From a virus (Duplodnaviria > Caudoviricetes): a stretch of DNA of 55,699 nt. Numbering within the stretch: the stretch's first letter is position 1; each line of letters begins with the position of its first letter. Position numbers and translations under genes: made by a program. This document shows positions 54,222 to 55,699 of the stretch, one piece after another. The stretch covers positions 1-55,699 of IMG/VR virus record IMGVR_UViG_3300045303_000132. The stretch is one strand, 5' to 3'. The notes under the pieces are model-generated. The model was given only the letters and a program-made list of their open reading frames with translations, had not been told where the DNA came from and ran no database searches.

Positions 54222-54455
54222 ATGGCCCTCAAGTCCAAGCGGGACAACGTCTCCGCCAGCACCACCATTGTCACCACTGTCGTTGTCCACGTCGACCTCG
54301 CCGCGCTGCTGGCCGCGTACGACGTGACGGACAACGTGGTCCTGATGCTCGCCACCCCCAGCGGCCGCGACAAGCGTGTCGTTCTCGGCGGGAACTTCCT
54401 GGTGCCGCCGCACCAGGACCTGAACCTGGACGTGGAGTACCGGGGCACCTACTGA
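54222..54455 (+). CDS. Early hypothetical protein
   Basis: RBS ggaagg after the repeat; hairpin after the stop. Confidence 0.75.
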   Translation: MALKSKRDNVSASTTIVTTVVVHVDLAALLAAYDVTDNVVLMLATPSGRDKRVVLGGNFLVPPHQDLNLDVEYRGTY

Positions 54456-54567
54456 TCCACACGGGGGCGGCGGCTGGGGGGCCGTCGCCCCTTTCGTGGC
54501 CCCCGGCCCGCGATTCTCGGAGACCACAAAACCGAGTCCGGCCCTTGGGTGCGACTAGCCCACCGGG

Positions 54568-54601
54568 TAGGCTAGCCCTAGGCAGCCCACCAGGGGTCGC
54601 C
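54568..54601 (+). promoter_or_regulatory. Promoter/leader repeat copy 12
   Basis: ttgggt-17 nt-taggctagccctaggcagcccaccaggggtcgcc. Confidence 0.78.
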
Positions 54602-54621
54602 ATCACAGTAAGAGGTCCATC

Positions 54622-54843
54622 ATGATCCACATCCACGCGGGTGGCACCACCCGCACCCTTTGCGACCAGCCGCTCGTGCTGGGCACCAACGTGTCGTGGG
54701 AGCAGGCCACCGACGCGACCTGCACCGTCTGCGCCTCCCACTTCGGGCGGCGCGTGCCGCAGTACGGACCCGAGTGGGTGGCCCACGCCACCGGCGGCGG
54801 GCGGATCCTCGACGGGAACCTCCTGGTTGGCGGTGCCGCGTGA
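54622..54843 (+). CDS. Early Zn-binding hypothetical protein
   Basis: H...LC...ATCTVC motif; RBS agagg. Confidence 0.72.
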   Translation: MIHIHAGGTTRTLCDQPLVLGTNVSWEQATDATCTVCASHFGRRVPQYGPEWVAHATGGGRILDGNLLVGGAA

Positions 54844-54935
54844 TCCGCCGGGTGCGGGCGTGGTGGTGGTGCCGCCGGGAGTGTGGCGTCACTGACATCG
54901 CGGTCTACACCTGCGACCGGTGCCGGGTGCGCTGA
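54840..54935 (+). CDS. Micro zinc-ribbon protein (31 aa)
   Basis: GTGA overlap; CREC...CDRC. Confidence 0.5.
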   Translation: MIRRVRAWWWCRRECGVTDIAVYTCDRCRVR

Positions 54936-54981
54936 CCGACACGAGGGGCGGGGCCTGCGGGCTCCGCCCCTTCCGCGGGGC

Positions 54982-55064
54982 CGGGGCCGCGATTCTCCGA
55001 GAACTCACGGCGGGGCCGCGATTCTCGGAGAACTCACGGCGGGGCCGCGATTCTCCGAGAACTC
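54982..55064. repeat. 29-bp tandem repeat, nearly three copies
   Basis: cggggccgcgattctc(c/g)gagaactcacgg units at 54982, 55011, 55040. Confidence 0.88.
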
Positions 55065-55277
55065 GCCCGAGGCCCCCGGCAGGAGCGACAGCCCGCCGGT
55101 CTACGGCGGCGACTCTCCGAGAGGAGCCCGCGCCGCGACGAGCGCGCGCCGCGAAGAGCGGCGGGCCGCGACTCTCGGAGACCTCAGGGCGGGCCGGGTC
55201 TTCGCGCCGACGAGCGGCCCCTCCTCACCGCAGGGAGGAGCAACGCTCGTCGGGAGCGGCCCAGCCGCGGAGGTCGC

Positions 55278-55356
55278 GGGACACTCGGAGAATCGCCCCC
55301 GCTGCCCCGCCGATCCTCGGCTGGCGGGGCAGCGGTGGCGATTCTCCGAGTGTCCC
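55278..55356. repeat. About 33-bp inverted repeat (one mismatch)
   Basis: gggacactcggagaatcgcccccgctgccccgcc / ggcggggcagcggtggcgattctccgagtgtccc. Confidence 0.85.
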
Positions 55357-55505
55357 GGCGAGACCGCGCTGACGACGCCCGTCGTACGTCGTACGTCGGG
55401 TGGTACGGGTGGTACACTCGCCCCGCGTGTCGTACGCCTAACATCGTAAGCGAAGTCGTAAGCCCGACTCTTGGCGATGTCTGGGTGGTACACGGAATGA
55501 TAGGC

Positions 55506-55544
55506 GTTTGGGGGGTACGGACGGTACGGGTGGTACAAACCCGG
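55506..55544. repeat. 39-bp perfect inverted repeat arm (partner 26..64)
   Basis: gtttggggggtacggacggtacgggtggtacaaacccgg. Confidence 0.93.
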
Positions 55545-55669
55545 AGGTGTGTGGGGGGCCATATGTCGCGGGTGGTACGGGATCAGGGTCCAGAACGGAT
55601 TTCTCTGGGGGAAGGTGATCTCTCTCTTACCTCTCACGCCCCCTACGGCTAGCGGATTCTCCACTAACA

Positions 55670-55699
55670 CGCTGTTATCCCCACCCACACACCCCCGGG
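55670..55699. repeat. Terminal direct overlap, copy 2
   Basis: Identical to 1..30. Confidence 0.95.

Larger units (their letters stand above)
53697..55350. repeat. Dispersed array of about 13 CGA(C/T)TCTC(C/G)GAGA repeats
   Basis: Full copies at 53697, 53724, 53753, 54105, 54511, 54990, 55019, 55048, 55110, 55169; variants at 53782, 55284 (reverse), 55339. Confidence 0.88.

Noticed and set aside
53845-54601. Repeated elements of about 35-60 nt as a possible CRISPR array
   Set aside because: Intervals are 300-400 nt and contain genes with RBSs; the repeats look like promoters; no cas operon
1-55699. Prophage or temperate lifestyle; alternative genetic code
   Set aside because: No integrase, parAB, stand-alone repressor or host flanks were seen; genes are intact under code 11 and use all three stop codons

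Overview
The window is a complete, circularly assembled genome of a high-GC tailed phage (30-nt identical ends, 1..30 = 55670..55699), most likely a lytic siphovirus of an Actinomycetota host; no integrase, repressor, tRNA or CRISPR array was seen. The + strand (53105 through the junction to 27549) carries many small early genes behind 12 copies of a TAGGCTAG-type promoter/leader repeat. It continues with replication genes (SNF2 helicase, primase-helicase, Cas4-like nuclease, SSB, family A polymerase) and a thymidine-hypermodification-like cluster (5-hmdU DNA kinase family, dUMP-hydroxymethylase-like thymidylate synthase fusion, glycosyltransferases). The - strand (52843 to 27701) carries terminase, portal, protease, capsid, tail and lysis genes. 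The most unusual feature is a 646-nt expression cassette (53026..53671: promoter, leader hairpin, RBS, 138-aa gene, terminators) with no GA or TC dinucleotide. Its protein lacks Asp, Glu and Ile and is a recoded paralog of a normally coded gene at 271..690. An array of TC/GA-dense CGA(C/T)TCTC(C/G)GAGA repeats follows it directly. I infer a 'bootstrap' or first-entry gene that escapes a TC/GA-directed process, either the phage's own T modification or a host defence. All family assignments come from motif recognition by eye, not from database searches.
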